From: Mustelus asterias
Taxonomy: Eukaryota
Direction of reading: 5' to 3'
DNA length: 64,000 nt
Assembly (NCBI RefSeq): GCF_964213995.1
Contig: NC_135821.1
Location: 56,730,001-56,794,000 of the forward strand
Both the position numbers and the translations under genes were made by a program. The notes beneath the pieces are model-generated. The model had not been told where the DNA came from and did not search any database. It was given only the letters and a program-made list of their open reading frames with translations. How positions within the stretch are numbered: the stretch's first letter is position 1; the number at the start of each line of letters is the position of its first letter. This document shows positions 23,457-35,893 of the stretch, piece by piece.

Positions 23457-24584
23457 CATTCCTAAGAATGGTCAAGTTAAACTAAAATCTACTACCCAGA
23501 CTGAGTAGAGTTCCTTCAGCAAATGTAACATTAAACTTTGCCACAGAATGACAAAACTCAATCTTTCCCAGGTAGAGTTTCAGTTCTCTTACTCATTCAG
23601 GAGTTAGCCATGAAGTCCCACACAACAGCAAATTTTCTCAGCCCCAATTCCACTGGTACAACTTCCACCAAAAGGCACACCTTTCCTGATCCCTCAGCTG
23701 TTCACAGAACTGACCTTTTTGGTCCTCTTTTCCAGCAGTGCCATGATTTCCTACCTTAGCTGTCTCACAGCTTCTCCACAGCCACGGTATCGTTATCCTC
23801 CTACTGAACTCCAAGAACATCTTGTCTGTTTCAACCACTGGCTGAAATTAGATCTCTCACCTGATTTTTTTTCCTTCCCAATCAGCTCCCTTTTCCCTCA
23901 CGGCCTAACACATGGGCTGATTTCTCAGTCTGTTGTCACAACTAGGAATTCCAATTATAACACCCTTCCCAGAAACCTGGAGCTTTGGTTTATTTTTCAG
24001 TTAGGAACAGTCCCAAAAATAGACTTTGGAATCACTGTCAATGCAGGCAACAGCTTGCAAACTACAGGTTTCATCACAGTTAACAGGAATGGAAATGGTG
24101 AACAGAATGGTCATTATGGTGGGGGCCAAAGACACTGGCTATAGTCCCCTTATCTGGTTGAAGGACCTTCCTGCAAATCTAATATTGGATATCAGACAAG
24201 CAGTGTGACAAATCAGACACAGGTGAGAGATCCTAGGAGGTAATGAGATGGAGCTGAATGTCATTGGTATACATATGAAACCTGTGTTTTTAAAGATGTC
24301 ACCAAGGGAGAGCAAAGGTGAGAAATAAGAGAGGAAGAATAGGTTCACAAGAAACTTCAGGTTAAAGTACAAGGAAACTGCAGCAGCTCCACCCACCTGG
24401 ATAATGGAGCAGAGGCATTGGAAGAGGACAGCATGGTGAAAATGGCACAAGGTCAGCAAGGAATAGTTTATCACGATCAGTCAGAGAATGTCATTTGTGA
24501 TTTTACAGGGGCTGTTTCTGCACAGCAGCCAGGTCAGAAGTATGATTGGATGGATTCAAAGTATTGTGATGCTCCTTTTGTAAA

Positions 24585-24815
24585 TGGTTCGCACTGTTGC
24601 CTCTGCTCACCCGGGTTCAATTCTGGCCTCGGATGATGCCACATATTGCAAAGACCCCCTCTTATTTGAACAGGATGTTTGTTTAGGTGCATTGGCCATG
24701 TTAAATTCTCCCTCAGTGCACCCAAAAAGGTGCCGGAGTGTGGCGACTAGGGGATTTTCACAGTAACTTCATTAGTGTTAATGTAAGCCTACTTGTGACA
24801 CTAATAAATAAACTT
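24585..24815 (+). mobile_element. V-SINE variant with alternative 3' tail
   Basis: HE1-like head/core then ...ttttcacagtaac...tacttgtgacactaataaataaac. Confidence 0.7.
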
Positions 24816-24907
24816 GAGTCTCAAAATCCAACGAGCAGCCACCCGAGGAACAGATTTTGAGTTAGATTTTGCTAGTTCCTTGAACAGTCCTTTCTCCTCT
24901 ATATATG

Positions 24908-26383
24908 GCTTTGATATTTGGGTCCTCGCTGTCCACAGGGATAGTGCCAGAGGATGGGAGAATGGCGAATGTTGTTCCTCTGTTTAAGAAAGGGAATAGA
25001 AATGACCCTGGTAATTATAGACCGGTTAGTCTTACTTCGGTGGTTGGTAAATTGATGGAAAAGGTCCTTAGGGATGGGATTTACGACCATTTAGAAAGAT
25101 GCGGATTAATCCGGGATAGTCAGCACGGATTCGTGAAGGGCAAGTCGTGCCTCACAAATTTGATTGAATTTTTTGAGGAGGTAACTAAGTGTGTTGATGA
25201 AGGTAGGGCAGTTGATGTCATATACATGGATTTTAGTAAGGCGTTTGATAAGGTCCCCCATGGTCGGCTTATGATGAAAGTGAGGAGGTGTGGGAGAGAG
25301 GGAAAGTTGGCCGATTGGATAGGTAACTGGCTGTCTGATCGAAGACAGAGGGTGGTGGTGGATGGAAAATTTTCAGATTGGAGGCAGGTTGCTAGCGGAG
25401 TGCCACAGGGATCAGTGCTTGGTCCTCTGCTCTTTGTGATTTTTATTAATGACTTAGAGGAGGGGGCTGAAGGGTGGATCAGTAAATTTGCTGATGACAC
25501 CAAGATTGGTGGAGTAGTGGATGAGGTGGAGGGCTGTTGTAGGCTGCAAAGAGACATAGATAGGATGCAAAGCTGGGCTGAAAAATGGCAAATGGAGTTT
25601 AACCCTGATAAATGTGAGGTGATTCATTTTGGTAGGACTAATTTAAATGTGGATTACAGGGTCAAAGGTAGGGTTCTGAAGACTGTGGAGGAACAGAGAG
25701 ATCTTGAGGTCCATATCCACAGATCTCTAAAGGTTGCCACTCAAGTGGATAGAGCTGTGAAGAAGGCCTATAGTGTGTTAGCTTTTATTAACAGGGGGTT
25801 GGAGTTTAAGAGCCGTGGGGTTATGGTGCAACTGTACAGGACCTTGGTGAGAGCACATTTGGAATATTGTGTGCAGTTCTGGTCACCTCACTATAAGAAG
25901 GATGTGGAAGCGCTGGAAAGAGTGCAGAGGAGATTTACCAGGATGCTGCCTGGTTTGGAGGGTAGGTCTTATGAGGAAAGGTTGAGGGAGCTAGGGCTGT
26001 TCTCTCTGGAGCGGAGGAGGCTGAGGGGAGACTCAATAGAGGTTTATAAAATGATGAAGGGGACAGATAGAGTGAATGTTCAAAGACTATTTCCTCAGGT
26101 GGATGGAGCTATTACAAGGGGGCATAACTATAGGGTTCGTGGTGGGAGATATAGGAAAGATATCAGAGGTAGGTTCTTTACGCAGAGAGTGGTTGGGGTG
26201 TGGAATGGTCTGCCTGCAGTGATAGAGGAGTCAGACACTTTAGGAACATTTAAGCGGTTATTGGATAGGCACATGGAGCACACCAGAATGATAGGGAGTG
26301 GGATAGCTTGATCTTGGTTTCAGATAAAGCTCGGCGCAACATCGTGGGCCGAAGGGCCTGTTCTGTGCTGTACTGTTCTATGT
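24908..26383 (+). mobile_element. 5'-truncated CR1/HER1 LINE with open RT frame to stop at 26311
   Basis: NYRPVSLTS, GVPQGSVLGP, FADD; ttctatgttcta tail; tctatatatg at 24898-24907 and 26384-26393. Confidence 0.93.
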
Positions 26384-26812
26384 TCTATATATGCTTCTTT
26401 GTAAAGCACTCTTTTACATGTCAGTTAAACAGGGATTTGTAACACACATTTTCAGTCCTGCACTCTCTGCAACTCACTGGCCTATTCCACATTCCTAGCA
26501 TTTTATCAGCCATCTCCCCTCGAACCACTGACATGACCCTCAGGAACACTCTCACCCATTACCAGCATTCCCTTAGTTAGTGCTTTTTAAATCATCTTTA
26601 CCCTTGCTTCTGCTTGGTGGTTACTCTTTATCCACCACTCAAGTTTCTTGAAACGTCTTTGAGGATTACAGAAATGAACACTTAGTGATATGGACTCAAG
26701 TTAACCAATGACTGCTGCAGCTTTAAAGTACAGACTATGTTTACAGCATCAACCTATGTTGTTTCTAATATCCTTTGGACTGTTGACAATACACAAAAGT
26801 GATCTAAGGAAA

Positions 26813-27025
26813 TAGTAAGAAGTCTCAACACCAGGTTAAAGTCCAACAGGTTTGTTTGGTATCATGAGCTTTCGGAGTGCTGCTCCTTCATTAGTTGAGT
26901 GATGACTCACCTGATGGAGCAGCACTCCAAAAGCTTGTTATGCCAAACAAACCTGTTGGACTTTAACCTGTTGGTGTGACTTCTTACTGTGCCCACCCCA
27001 GTCCAATGCCAGCGTCCCCATATCA
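26813..27025. mobile_element. Palindromic Penelope-like mini-element, decayed hammerhead cores
   Basis: Inverted arms; near-TSD gatc(t/c)aaggaaa at 26801-26812 and 27026-27037. Confidence 0.8.
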
Positions 27026-27039
27026 GATCCAAGGAAAGG

Positions 27040-28505
27040 TAGAATACTTAAAGTCCTGGAAATAGTAGATCCATTGGTCGTTATTTTCCATAATTCTTTG
27101 AACTCTGGACTGGTTCCTACAGATTGGAGGGTAGCTAATGTAAGCCCGCTATTCAAAATGGGAGGTAGAGAGAAAACAGGAAACTATAGACCAGTGAGCC
27201 TAACGTCGGTTCTGGGGAAGTTGCTGGAGTCCATTATCAAGGATTTCATAGCTTAACATTGGGAAAGCAGTGGCATAATCAGACAGTTAACATGGATTTA
27301 CAAAGGGGAAATCATGCTTGACAAATCTATTGGAATTCTTTGAGGATGTTATTAGTAGTGTTGACCGAGGAGAACCAGCAGACGTGGTTTATTTAGACTT
27401 TTGACAAAACATAAGACTATGTAAAGTTAAAACTCATGGAATTGCAGGTAATGTCTTGACATGAATAGAAAACTGGTTAGCAGATAGGAAGCAAAGAGTT
27501 GGCATAAATGGGTCTTTTCTGATTGGCAGGCAGTGACCAGTGGGGTACTACAGGGATCTGTGCTAGGACACCTAGTGTTCACATTGTATATTAATCATTT
27601 GGAAGAGGGAACTAAATGTATTATCCCCAAATTTGCAGATGATAAAGTTGGGTGGGAGGATGAGCTGCGAGGAGGATGCAGAGATGCTTCAGTGTGATTT
27701 GGACAGGCTGTGTGTGGGCATCTGCATAGCAGAAACAGTATAAATGTGGATAAATGTGAGGTTGTCCACTTTGGTAGCAATAATAGGAAGGCAGATGACT
27801 ACTTGAATGGGTGTAATTTGAGAGAGGTGGATACTCAGCGAGACCTTGGTATCCTCGTGCATCAATCACTGAAAGTGCACAAGTACAGCAGGCAGTAAGG
27901 AAGACATAGCAAGAGGATTTGAGTATAGGGATAGGGATGTTTTGCTGCAATTGGATAGGGCGTTTGTGAGGCCACACCTGGAGTATTGTGTGCAGTTTTG
28001 GTGTCCTTATTAGAGGAAGGATGTCCTTGCTATAGAGGGAGTACAGAAAAGGTTTACCAGGCTGATTCCTGGGATGGCATGTCTGTCATATGAGGATGCA
28101 CTAAATTGGTTAGGATATTCACTGGAGCTGAGTGAAAGGGATCTCAGAAACTTATAAAGTTCTAACAGGGTTACACAGGGCAGATTCAAAGAGAATGTTC
28201 CTGATGGTGGGCGAGTCCATAACTTGGTGTCATAGCTTGAGGATAAGGAATAAACCTTTTAGGACTGAGGTGAGGAAAAATTTCTTCACCCAGAGGTGAA
28301 AGTGTGGAATTCACTACCACAGAAAATAGTTGAGGCCAAAATGTTCTTTAATTTCCAGAAGAAATTAGATATGGCTCTTGTGGCTAAAGGGACCAAGGAA
28401 CATGGGGAGGGGGTGGAAAATCAGGATATTGAATTTGATGATCAGAATGAATGGGGGAGCAGGCTCGAAGAGCTCGATGGCCTATTTCTGCTTCTAGTTT
28501 CAATG
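27040..28505 (+). mobile_element. Decayed CR1 LINE
   Basis: DWRVANVSPLFK...NYRPVSLTS, INVDKCEVVHFG, with stops and frameshifts. Confidence 0.9.
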
Positions 28506-29338
28506 TATCAAAGACTTGAGACGTGACAATTTAGAATCACCTTGGCTACCAACTAGGTATATAAAACTCAGTGTATAAAATCAAAACAGGTATAAGGTAG
28601 GCAGAGGGTGTACCAGCAATTGGAAATCAATAATGGGCAGGCACATGTTGGGAGCGGCAGAATATCTGGTGTTAAATTTATTGAATCTAGTCCCTCAATC
28701 TTGGGAAATTCTGCAAAAAGCATACAGACCCTAATTTGAATATTTGGTGACATTTCAAATAAGTGATCACACTACAAATACGTTCAATGTTTGCACATGA
28801 TATTATGAGTTTGAGCAAAATAAATGCTATTTTCCCATAATTAGCATTTTATTTATTTGAACAGAAAAGTTACAAGCCATCGAAACAGTAATTTAAATTC
28901 ACAAAGCATCTTTATTGAATTCTGGAAATCAAAGTTCACATCTACAAAACAAATTATGGTATTTCTTTGCAAAAATGATATAGTCCCACCTGAAATCTGG
29001 AGTAAACATCAGTATCTTACCTGCAAAACAGCAACATATTTCAGAAGCATTACATTACACTGGGCATGAATCAATCACAGCCTCCTAAATGTTTGCGAGC
29101 ACAACTGCTAAACATGCAGAGCACACATGCATTTTAGTCTATTTACATTTTTAAACTTTCACAAAAGTGAAAACTTTGGATCAAGCTAAAGCTAGTGCCT
29201 CACATTTCAAACTAAGCTGGGAGTGTTATCACAATATTCTGCGTAACTATGCAGTTCTGTCAGAATGTCAGAATAATTGTTCCCTATACAAAAATATATA
29301 TATATGCTTCGTATACTTTTATCATTTTAAAAATGTCC

Positions 29339-29485
29339 TCAATGAGCCTTTGTTTTATCAGCATTCTTGTGGCCATTATGTACCAGTACCCACTGTCCAT
29401 ATGGGCTTCCTTTCCGCTTGTGTTCAGGAGACTCCTTAGCAGAAGTGTTCGCTGTCGTTTGGTTCAATGGTTTTGCCACTGTATT
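29339..29485 (-). CDS. RSRP1: RSRP1 last coding exon (NTVAKPL...KGSPYGQWVLV...KAH*)
   Basis: tgcag acceptor, 147 nt; SPYGxW C-terminal motif; AATAAA on minus at 28916-28911. Confidence 0.92.
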   Translation of the reverse strand, partial: NTVAKPLNQTTANTSAKESPEHKRKGSPYGQWVLVHNGHKNADKTKAH

Positions 29486-30112
29486 CTGCAAAAACAAAAG
29501 TTAATTAGATAGTAACCATAATTGCCAAATTTATTTTGTAATAATTGGTTAGAATGATCATTTAAATCCACAGGTGCATTACAGTATTATTGGTCAATCC
29601 TAACCAGAAATAGATCATAGGTTGTTATTTCAGTGAGTGATACAGTATTACATCTTTACATCCTAGCAACAAGCACAGTGCAAGTTCAAGAGAAGTTTAC
29701 TTTCACGCAAACTGGAGGAATGAAACCTCATCATCTTCTGGACTCACTAGGTTCAACTGAACTTTCTCCTCTACCTGGTCCCCTTTTTAAAAATCCAAAA
29801 GATTTTTTGTCCCAACATAACCCATCCGCCTCCCCACAGAGCCATCTGTCACTTGTTCTTTAGTTTTGCTTACACCAAGCACAGACCTTGTTCTCTTCTT
29901 CACACATGCCACAATCAGCACCTTCAGTAGGCCATAACACTGTCATTAACACTTCCTTTGTCTTGTGCCCTAAACATCTCATTCCAATCTCTCCTAGCTC
30001 ACACCCATCACTGACCTATTCGGCTCTTCCCGCTCTTGTAGAGTTTAAAATCTATCACATTTCTTATCTCTTTAGCTCTGAAGAAGTCATACAGGCTCGA
30101 AACATTAACTGA

Positions 30113-30171
30113 GGGGGTATAGCTCAGTGGTAGAACATTTGATTGCAGATCAAGAGGTGCCTGGTTCAAAT
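30113..30171 (+). pseudogene. tRNA-Cys(GCA) 5' fragment fused to a SINE
   Basis: GGGGGTATAGCTCAGTGGTAGAaCATTTGAtTGCAGATCAAGAGGTgCCTGGTTCAAAT; 3' T-stem and acceptor strand missing. Confidence 0.88.
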
Positions 30172-30461
30172 GAGGTGGCACTGTTGCACAGTGGTTAGCA
30201 CTGATGCCTCTGCGCCAGGGGCCTGGGTACAATTCCAGCCTCAGGCCACTGTGTGTGGAGTTTGCACATTCTCCCCATATCTACGTGGGTTTCTTCTGGG
30301 TTCTCCAGTTTCCTCCCAGTCCACAGATGTGTGGGTTGGGTCAATTGGCCATGCTAAATTGCTCCTAAATAATTAAGGGATTAGGGCCTGGGTGAGATTG
30401 TTGTCAGTGTAGGCTCTATGGGGCAAATGACCTATTTCTGCACTGTAGGGATTTTATGATG
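30172..30461 (+). mobile_element. HE1-type V-SINE
   Basis: Head, core and tail recognisable, moderately diverged. Confidence 0.88.
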
Positions 30462-30475
30462 ATTAACTCCAAGAA

Positions 30476-30785
30476 CAGTAAGAAGTCTCACAACACCAGG
30501 TTAAAGTCCAACAGGTTTATTTGGTAGCACAAGCCACAAGCTTTCGGAGCGCTGCCCCTTCATCAGGCGAGTGGGAGTTCTGTTCACAAACAGGACATAT
30601 AAAGACACAAACTCAAATGTCTTTATACGCCCTGTTTGTGAACAGAACTCCCACTCACCTGATGAAGGGGCAGCGCTCCGAAGGCTTGTGGCACGTGCTA
30701 CCAAATAAACCTGTTGGACTTTAACCTGGCGTTGTGAGACTTCTTACTGTGCTTACCCCAGTCCAACGCCAGCATCTCCACATCA
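30476..30785. mobile_element. Palindromic Penelope-like mini-element with hammerhead motif in each arm
   Basis: 132-bp arms 30476-30607 / 30618-30749, 36-nt tail; TSD taactccaagaa at 30464-30475 and 30786-30797. Confidence 0.88.
30535..30569 (-). ncRNA. Minimal type I hammerhead ribozyme motif
   Basis: cgc CUGAUGA a GGGGC agc GCUCC GAAA GCU U gug: intact core, stem II, palindromic AGCU in place of stem III. Confidence 0.75.
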
Positions 30786-30819
30786 TAACTCCAAGAATGC
30801 AATGATGCATTTTACTTAC

Positions 30820-30915
30820 TTTAACACTGAAAGCTATCCAGTGACTGGTGTCCATCCTTGCAGTGGCACTTGATATTTTCTTAATCGGTTCATCCTCTTC
30901 AACTTCTTTGTATTC
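30820..30915 (-). CDS. RSRP1: RSRP1 exon (EYKEVEEDEP...HWIAFSVK)
   Basis: tgcag / gtaagt boundaries, 96 nt, phase 0-0; IAFS motif. Confidence 0.9.
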
Positions 30916-32379
30916 CTGCACAAAAATACAGAGCATCTACAGGTTAATCTTAAAAGTGGCCACTGTACTGTAAACTGTGACCCACAATCAGACACTCTTC
31001 AGATGAAGCATCTGTAGCACTGGTTGGGCAGACCCAACATTACAGCACTGGCATAATAAATGTCACTATTGTTCTACCTGATGTGGTAGAATCTGCAGTA
31101 GAGTTCCTATTGTTCCTTGTGGCCTGGCACCATACCATTTCTGTGAATTTGCACCAATATTGTTAAGAGTTTAGAATGCATCAAACCTTATCTTAGTATT
31201 CTGACCCAAGGAATCAATAATAGACTGGAAGGTAAAGTTCCAGAATATCTGATCCACTGATCAAAGTTTAATAGACATCAATTACTTCAACGTAATCAAT
31301 GGGTCAGATCAATGTGAATTACCACTGAACAAGTTAGTTATTTCAATGACAATTTCAACTTCAGGGTTCAAAATGCTTCCGAGTAGTTTCAGTAACATTA
31401 ATTGCTACTACAAAAGTAGAACTGTACACAGCTTGTGTTGATAAGGTATATTCTAGGCTATAAAAGCCGATAAACTTATCTTCAAAAAACTGTTGGTCTC
31501 TTCTTCGGCAAAGATCTGATATTCAAAACTTCCTGGAACACAGTGAATAAGTTATGAGGACAAGAAAATCCTAGAACAAAGCTGTAATGCATGGTCAATA
31601 CTGAATCCAAAAGCAGCATCTAGTCAAACCTCAACTTCATATGCCTCAACAGTAGGACAAATGCAAGTAGTAAGGGCTTTTATTTTAACTAAAAATTTAA
31701 AATACTAATATTTAGCCATTTGAAACTCTGGCAGCAAGCATCAAGAACTGATCCAAATGCATCAGTATTGTTTGTTTGGAACTCTGTTCCAAACCTTAGG
31801 CAATGGATTGTAAACTAAACTACGTCGGATGTTGAATTCTAGCAAGGCACAGAACAGCTATTTTATTTTGCTTCCCCCTGCTTTTTGAATGGCAAGTGTA
31901 CTTTTGGACCCAGTATCAGACCAGCACTCCCAAGGTCAAGTGCAATACTGGCACATTCAAAATGAAGTTCCCTACATACTACCTCCAATATAACATCACA
32001 TCTCAACATCAAAAAGAGTACTGAACTTTGAATACGATTAGAGGATGCCAAAATTAAATAGTCAACCCAACAGCCAAATTGTGGGGACAGACCTGCTCAG
32101 AACAGAGACGGGCAATCCTACTCAACTTAGAGACACTTGTGCCTGGGCTTTGTTTGAACACAGCTCCAACAAATCCTACATTTTAAACTTGAATCCAACG
32201 CTGGGGGAAAGAGGTTGGCCATCTATAGTTGACTTAGATGGCTTGAACCATTGACAGCAATATCAATCATTAATGCACATTACATTGCCCAAGTTACTTC
32301 TGCATCCAATGCAAACACTGCAAGCTTTATTTTTAAAAGGTAGTACTGGCTTTATTGATTTGCCATATTTATGGAATCG

Positions 32380-33605
32380 GCAACACTTAAGATTCTATCG
32401 CAAGTACTTAGAAAACCAATGGGGAATTTATTTTTAATTTGATTCCAAGCAGTTAAAGTACCTTTGATAAGGTACCACAGGGTTAGGCTTGTAAGAAAGA
32501 TCAGGGCATGTGGAACCATGAGACAATTAAATGGATGAATAGAAAATTGGCTTTAAAAGAAGTAGAAAGCAGACAGTAGGAGAAAAGGGTATTACCCAGA
32601 TTGCAGGACAGTGAGAGAAAAAAAGCAATGTTCCATAGAGCAAGGGCTAGACTACTGTTATTCATAACTGACAATGAGTTATACTTGGGAACAATAACTA
32701 TCAAAATTTCAGACGATGCCAAGTTGGAGGGTATAACCAACATGGAGGAAGAATGGATACATTAGACAGGCAATTAAATGGCAAAATAACTTTTGCAGAT
32801 AATTGCAAGATGATGTACTTTGGTAAGAAAAATAGAAAATAAGAAACTGAACAGGGTAGAAAGACAAAGGGGTCTAGAGATACAGGTAAGCAATTCATTA
32901 GCATTATCTCAGGTCAAAGTAATTAAAAATTCAAACATTAAGATTTATTTCAACGGGTGCATCAAGTAATGAAGTAATGTTAAGCTTGTATAGTACCCTG
33001 GTCAGGTTACATTTGAGAGCACAATGAACAGTCCTAGTCCCTATCCTATAATGAAGGGGCAACGCTCCGAAAGCTCGTGCTACCAAATAAACCTGTTGGA
33101 CTTTAACCTGGTGTTGTGAGTCTTCTTACTGTGCCTATAAAAAGAACACAGTAGTAATAAAGTATAAAAATATTTACAAGGATAGTAAAGATTACAGTCA
33201 TTAGGAAACATTGAACAGGATGAGGCTTTTTTCTTTACCCACAACCCCACCGGCACCTGAAGACTGAAATGTGATCTGATGAGGTTTTTTAAAAATTATA
33301 AATGGATTGTACAGGGTGGATGGATAAAATGCTTCCAAATCCATATTTACTGCCATAAATACAGGACTTACTAAATTCAATAGGACAAGGAGTAATCTCT
33401 GACTCAGCAGCTACAATGGGGAATTTCCTATCATTTAAATGATTAAGGAAAAGAGATTTTGAAAATGTACTAGACAAGCACATGACAGAAAGAGAATAGA
33501 AGAATCTGCTGAAAGGCAGACACTAGGGGAAAGACTCATGAAGCATAAACACCAGCACAGAAAATGGGTTTAATCACCATTTCTGAGCTTTATACTCTAT
33601 GTAAT
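32380..33605 (+). mobile_element. Highly decayed CR1 LINE
   Basis: tttgataaggtaccac (FDKVP), tcaaaatttcagacgatgccaagttgg (ADD region) and C-terminal remnants. Confidence 0.7.
33052..33133 (+). mobile_element. Single-arm Penelope-like fragment truncated within the hammerhead core
   Basis: tgaaggggcaacgctccgaaagctcgtg...cttactgtg; TSD cctataa. Confidence 0.8.
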
Positions 33606-33623
33606 TAGTTATATTTCTATTTG

Positions 33624-33942
33624 GGATGGCACGGTGGCACAGTGGTTGGCACTGCTGACTCAACGCCAGGGGCCCAGGTTCAATCCCAGGCTTGGGTCAC
33701 TGTCTGTGTGGAGTTTGCACGTTCTCCCCGTGTCCACGTGGGTTTCCTCCGGGTACTCCGGTTTCCTCCCACACTCCAAAGATGTGCGGGTTAGGTGGAT
33801 TGGCCATGTTAAATTGCCCCTTAATGTCAGGGGGACTAGCTCGGGTCAGTGCATGGGTTATAGGGATAGGGCCTGGGTGGGATTTAAGTCAGTGCAGACT
33901 CAATGGGCCAAATGGCCTCCTCCTGCACTGTAGGATTCTATG
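33624..33942 (+). mobile_element. HE1-type V-SINE
   Basis: Complete copy. Confidence 0.9.
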
Positions 33943-35112
33943 AAAAGTCCTGACAATTTGTACAGTATGATGGTCCTGCAGGCTGTGGAGGAATGGTTCA
34001 TTTGCCACTACAGTCCCCAAATGGCAGCATAAAGATGCATCATGACAAGTTTCCTTCATAAATAAGTCAATGCAGTATATTAAAAGAACCAACATACTGT
34101 ACTGCCTTGTCTTCCAGTGGCTAAGTGAAGACCTAGCTTCCATCATTCTCCTTAACTCCCCATTTTGACCATCCGGACACAGTCACAGATCTTCCTGACC
34201 CAAATAATACACAAAAAGAGGGCAATGAAATTGGATTATGTAGACCAGTTAATACATCTTATGGTGGGCTGGCAACTGTAGGATTGCCATGGAGCAGAGC
34301 CACATGGGTCACCACTTGGCCACAGGACCTGCGTGGTAAACTAATCTTAGTTTTTCCACTTAATACTTGGGTGAATATACAGTGCCCCAGTTTCTTTTGT
34401 AACATGGTGTTTTTGAAAGCCAATTGTTCCTTTAACCATACTGAACTACATTGGCCAAACTGCCCGCAAACACTGCACACACGCAGATACAAAGATACCA
34501 CCTCATATCTTCAAGAAGTGCAGTCCATTTCAAGGCTTCTATAAAACAGAAATAAATCAAGTCACACAAACCAATTTTACTTTGTATATATATGGGAAGT
34601 GTTTGAATGACATGTTGATAAGCTACAGCAGAGTTAAATTATTACTGTAATTACAATTTCTGATATTACAAACAGCAAGTATACATCAAAAATACTAATT
34701 AGCTATAAAATCACTGGGATATTTTGAGTCACAAAAAGTTCTCTTTTCCTTATAGTGCAAGTCAGCATAGAATAGTTTCTACTGTTACTTTGTAGGAATG
34801 GCTACATGCTGCACAGTTGTGCCCCGTTGGAAATATTACTCAAAGTAAACTGAATTCTTCAATAATTTAGATATTAAACCAATGTATCAATGGTTGAGCT
34901 GGAAACAGAAAAACTATCAATTTATTCTACCTCATTGTAGGAACACCAGCCTGCAATAGAGTGGGTAAACTGACAGTAGCCACTATAATAAAGATCAGAG
35001 AGCTCTTTGTAAAAGTCAGTGAGTGCTGAAAACGTTAGATAGAAAAGACCTTCAACATTTAGACCTGCACTTGTAACACATTTCATTACAGTGTACAGAG
35101 CTTATCACTCAC

Positions 35113-35267
35113 CTTTTTAGTCAATTCTTTCACTGCATCACTGTTAGCTTTCATTTCAAAACGTCTCTCATTTTTGAGAGGCATCAGCCTGGGAGGCAAG
35201 TGCATGTTGCCCATTCCCAATAATTTATCAGCATTTGCCTTGGCAATTTCAAGCAACTTCTTTTTCT
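35113..35267 (-). CDS. RSRP1: RSRP1 exon (EKKKLLEIAKANADKLLG...KELTKK)
   Basis: LLEIAKANA signature of RSRP1/SON; ctcag / gtgagt boundaries; 155 nt, phase 1-0. Confidence 0.95.
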
Positions 35268-35893
35268 CTGAGGAAAAAAAAACAAGAACGACTTACTCAA
35301 TTTTAGCGTGCAACTCTTAAGCTTTTAAAGTGCCGATGGGCAATATTAGTACCACTTCACAAGAGATTAACTTCAAAAATAACAAAACAAGTTGAGGCAT
35401 TTGCCAATGAATGGTGGTGTCACATTAATAGACTAATATTTACTGCACTGAAGATATTTAATCCTGTTTATTTTTAGAAAATACAAATGTCATTTTCCTC
35501 ATCACTCCCATAAGTGAGCAGTCAGAGACCCTGCAACTTTAAACATAATACTGGATGATGGATAATACCCAGCTCTTGAACAGAAAGACTTAATTGTGGT
35601 CTTCAGCTCACTGGATATATCACGTGCCCAAGTGCATTTCTTCTCAACTTTGAAAGGCAAAGGAGGCTTTATGGTGTGGCAATGTAAAATACTGTACAAA
35701 ATTATGGACTGGGCTTCTTGCTCAAGGGAAACTAAACTTTTACCCTCAAAGATACCACCATAAAAGAACATTATAACTCCACAGACAAAAATCACATTTT
35801 GACAATACTTTAAAAGACTCACTTTGTATAGAGACATTGTACCAGATTATGTCTCAAATTTTTAAGAGAACACACTGTAAAACTATCTTTTAC

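Noticed and set aside
24905-26311. 468-aa ORF as a domesticated RT gene
   Set aside because: The ATG lies in the target-site duplication; it is a young 5'-truncated CR1.
30113-30185. Functional tRNA-Cys gene
   Set aside because: 3' T-stem and acceptor strand absent; no terminator.
30501-30724. Twin near-identical 67-aa ORFs on opposite strands
   Set aside because: Artefact of the palindrome.
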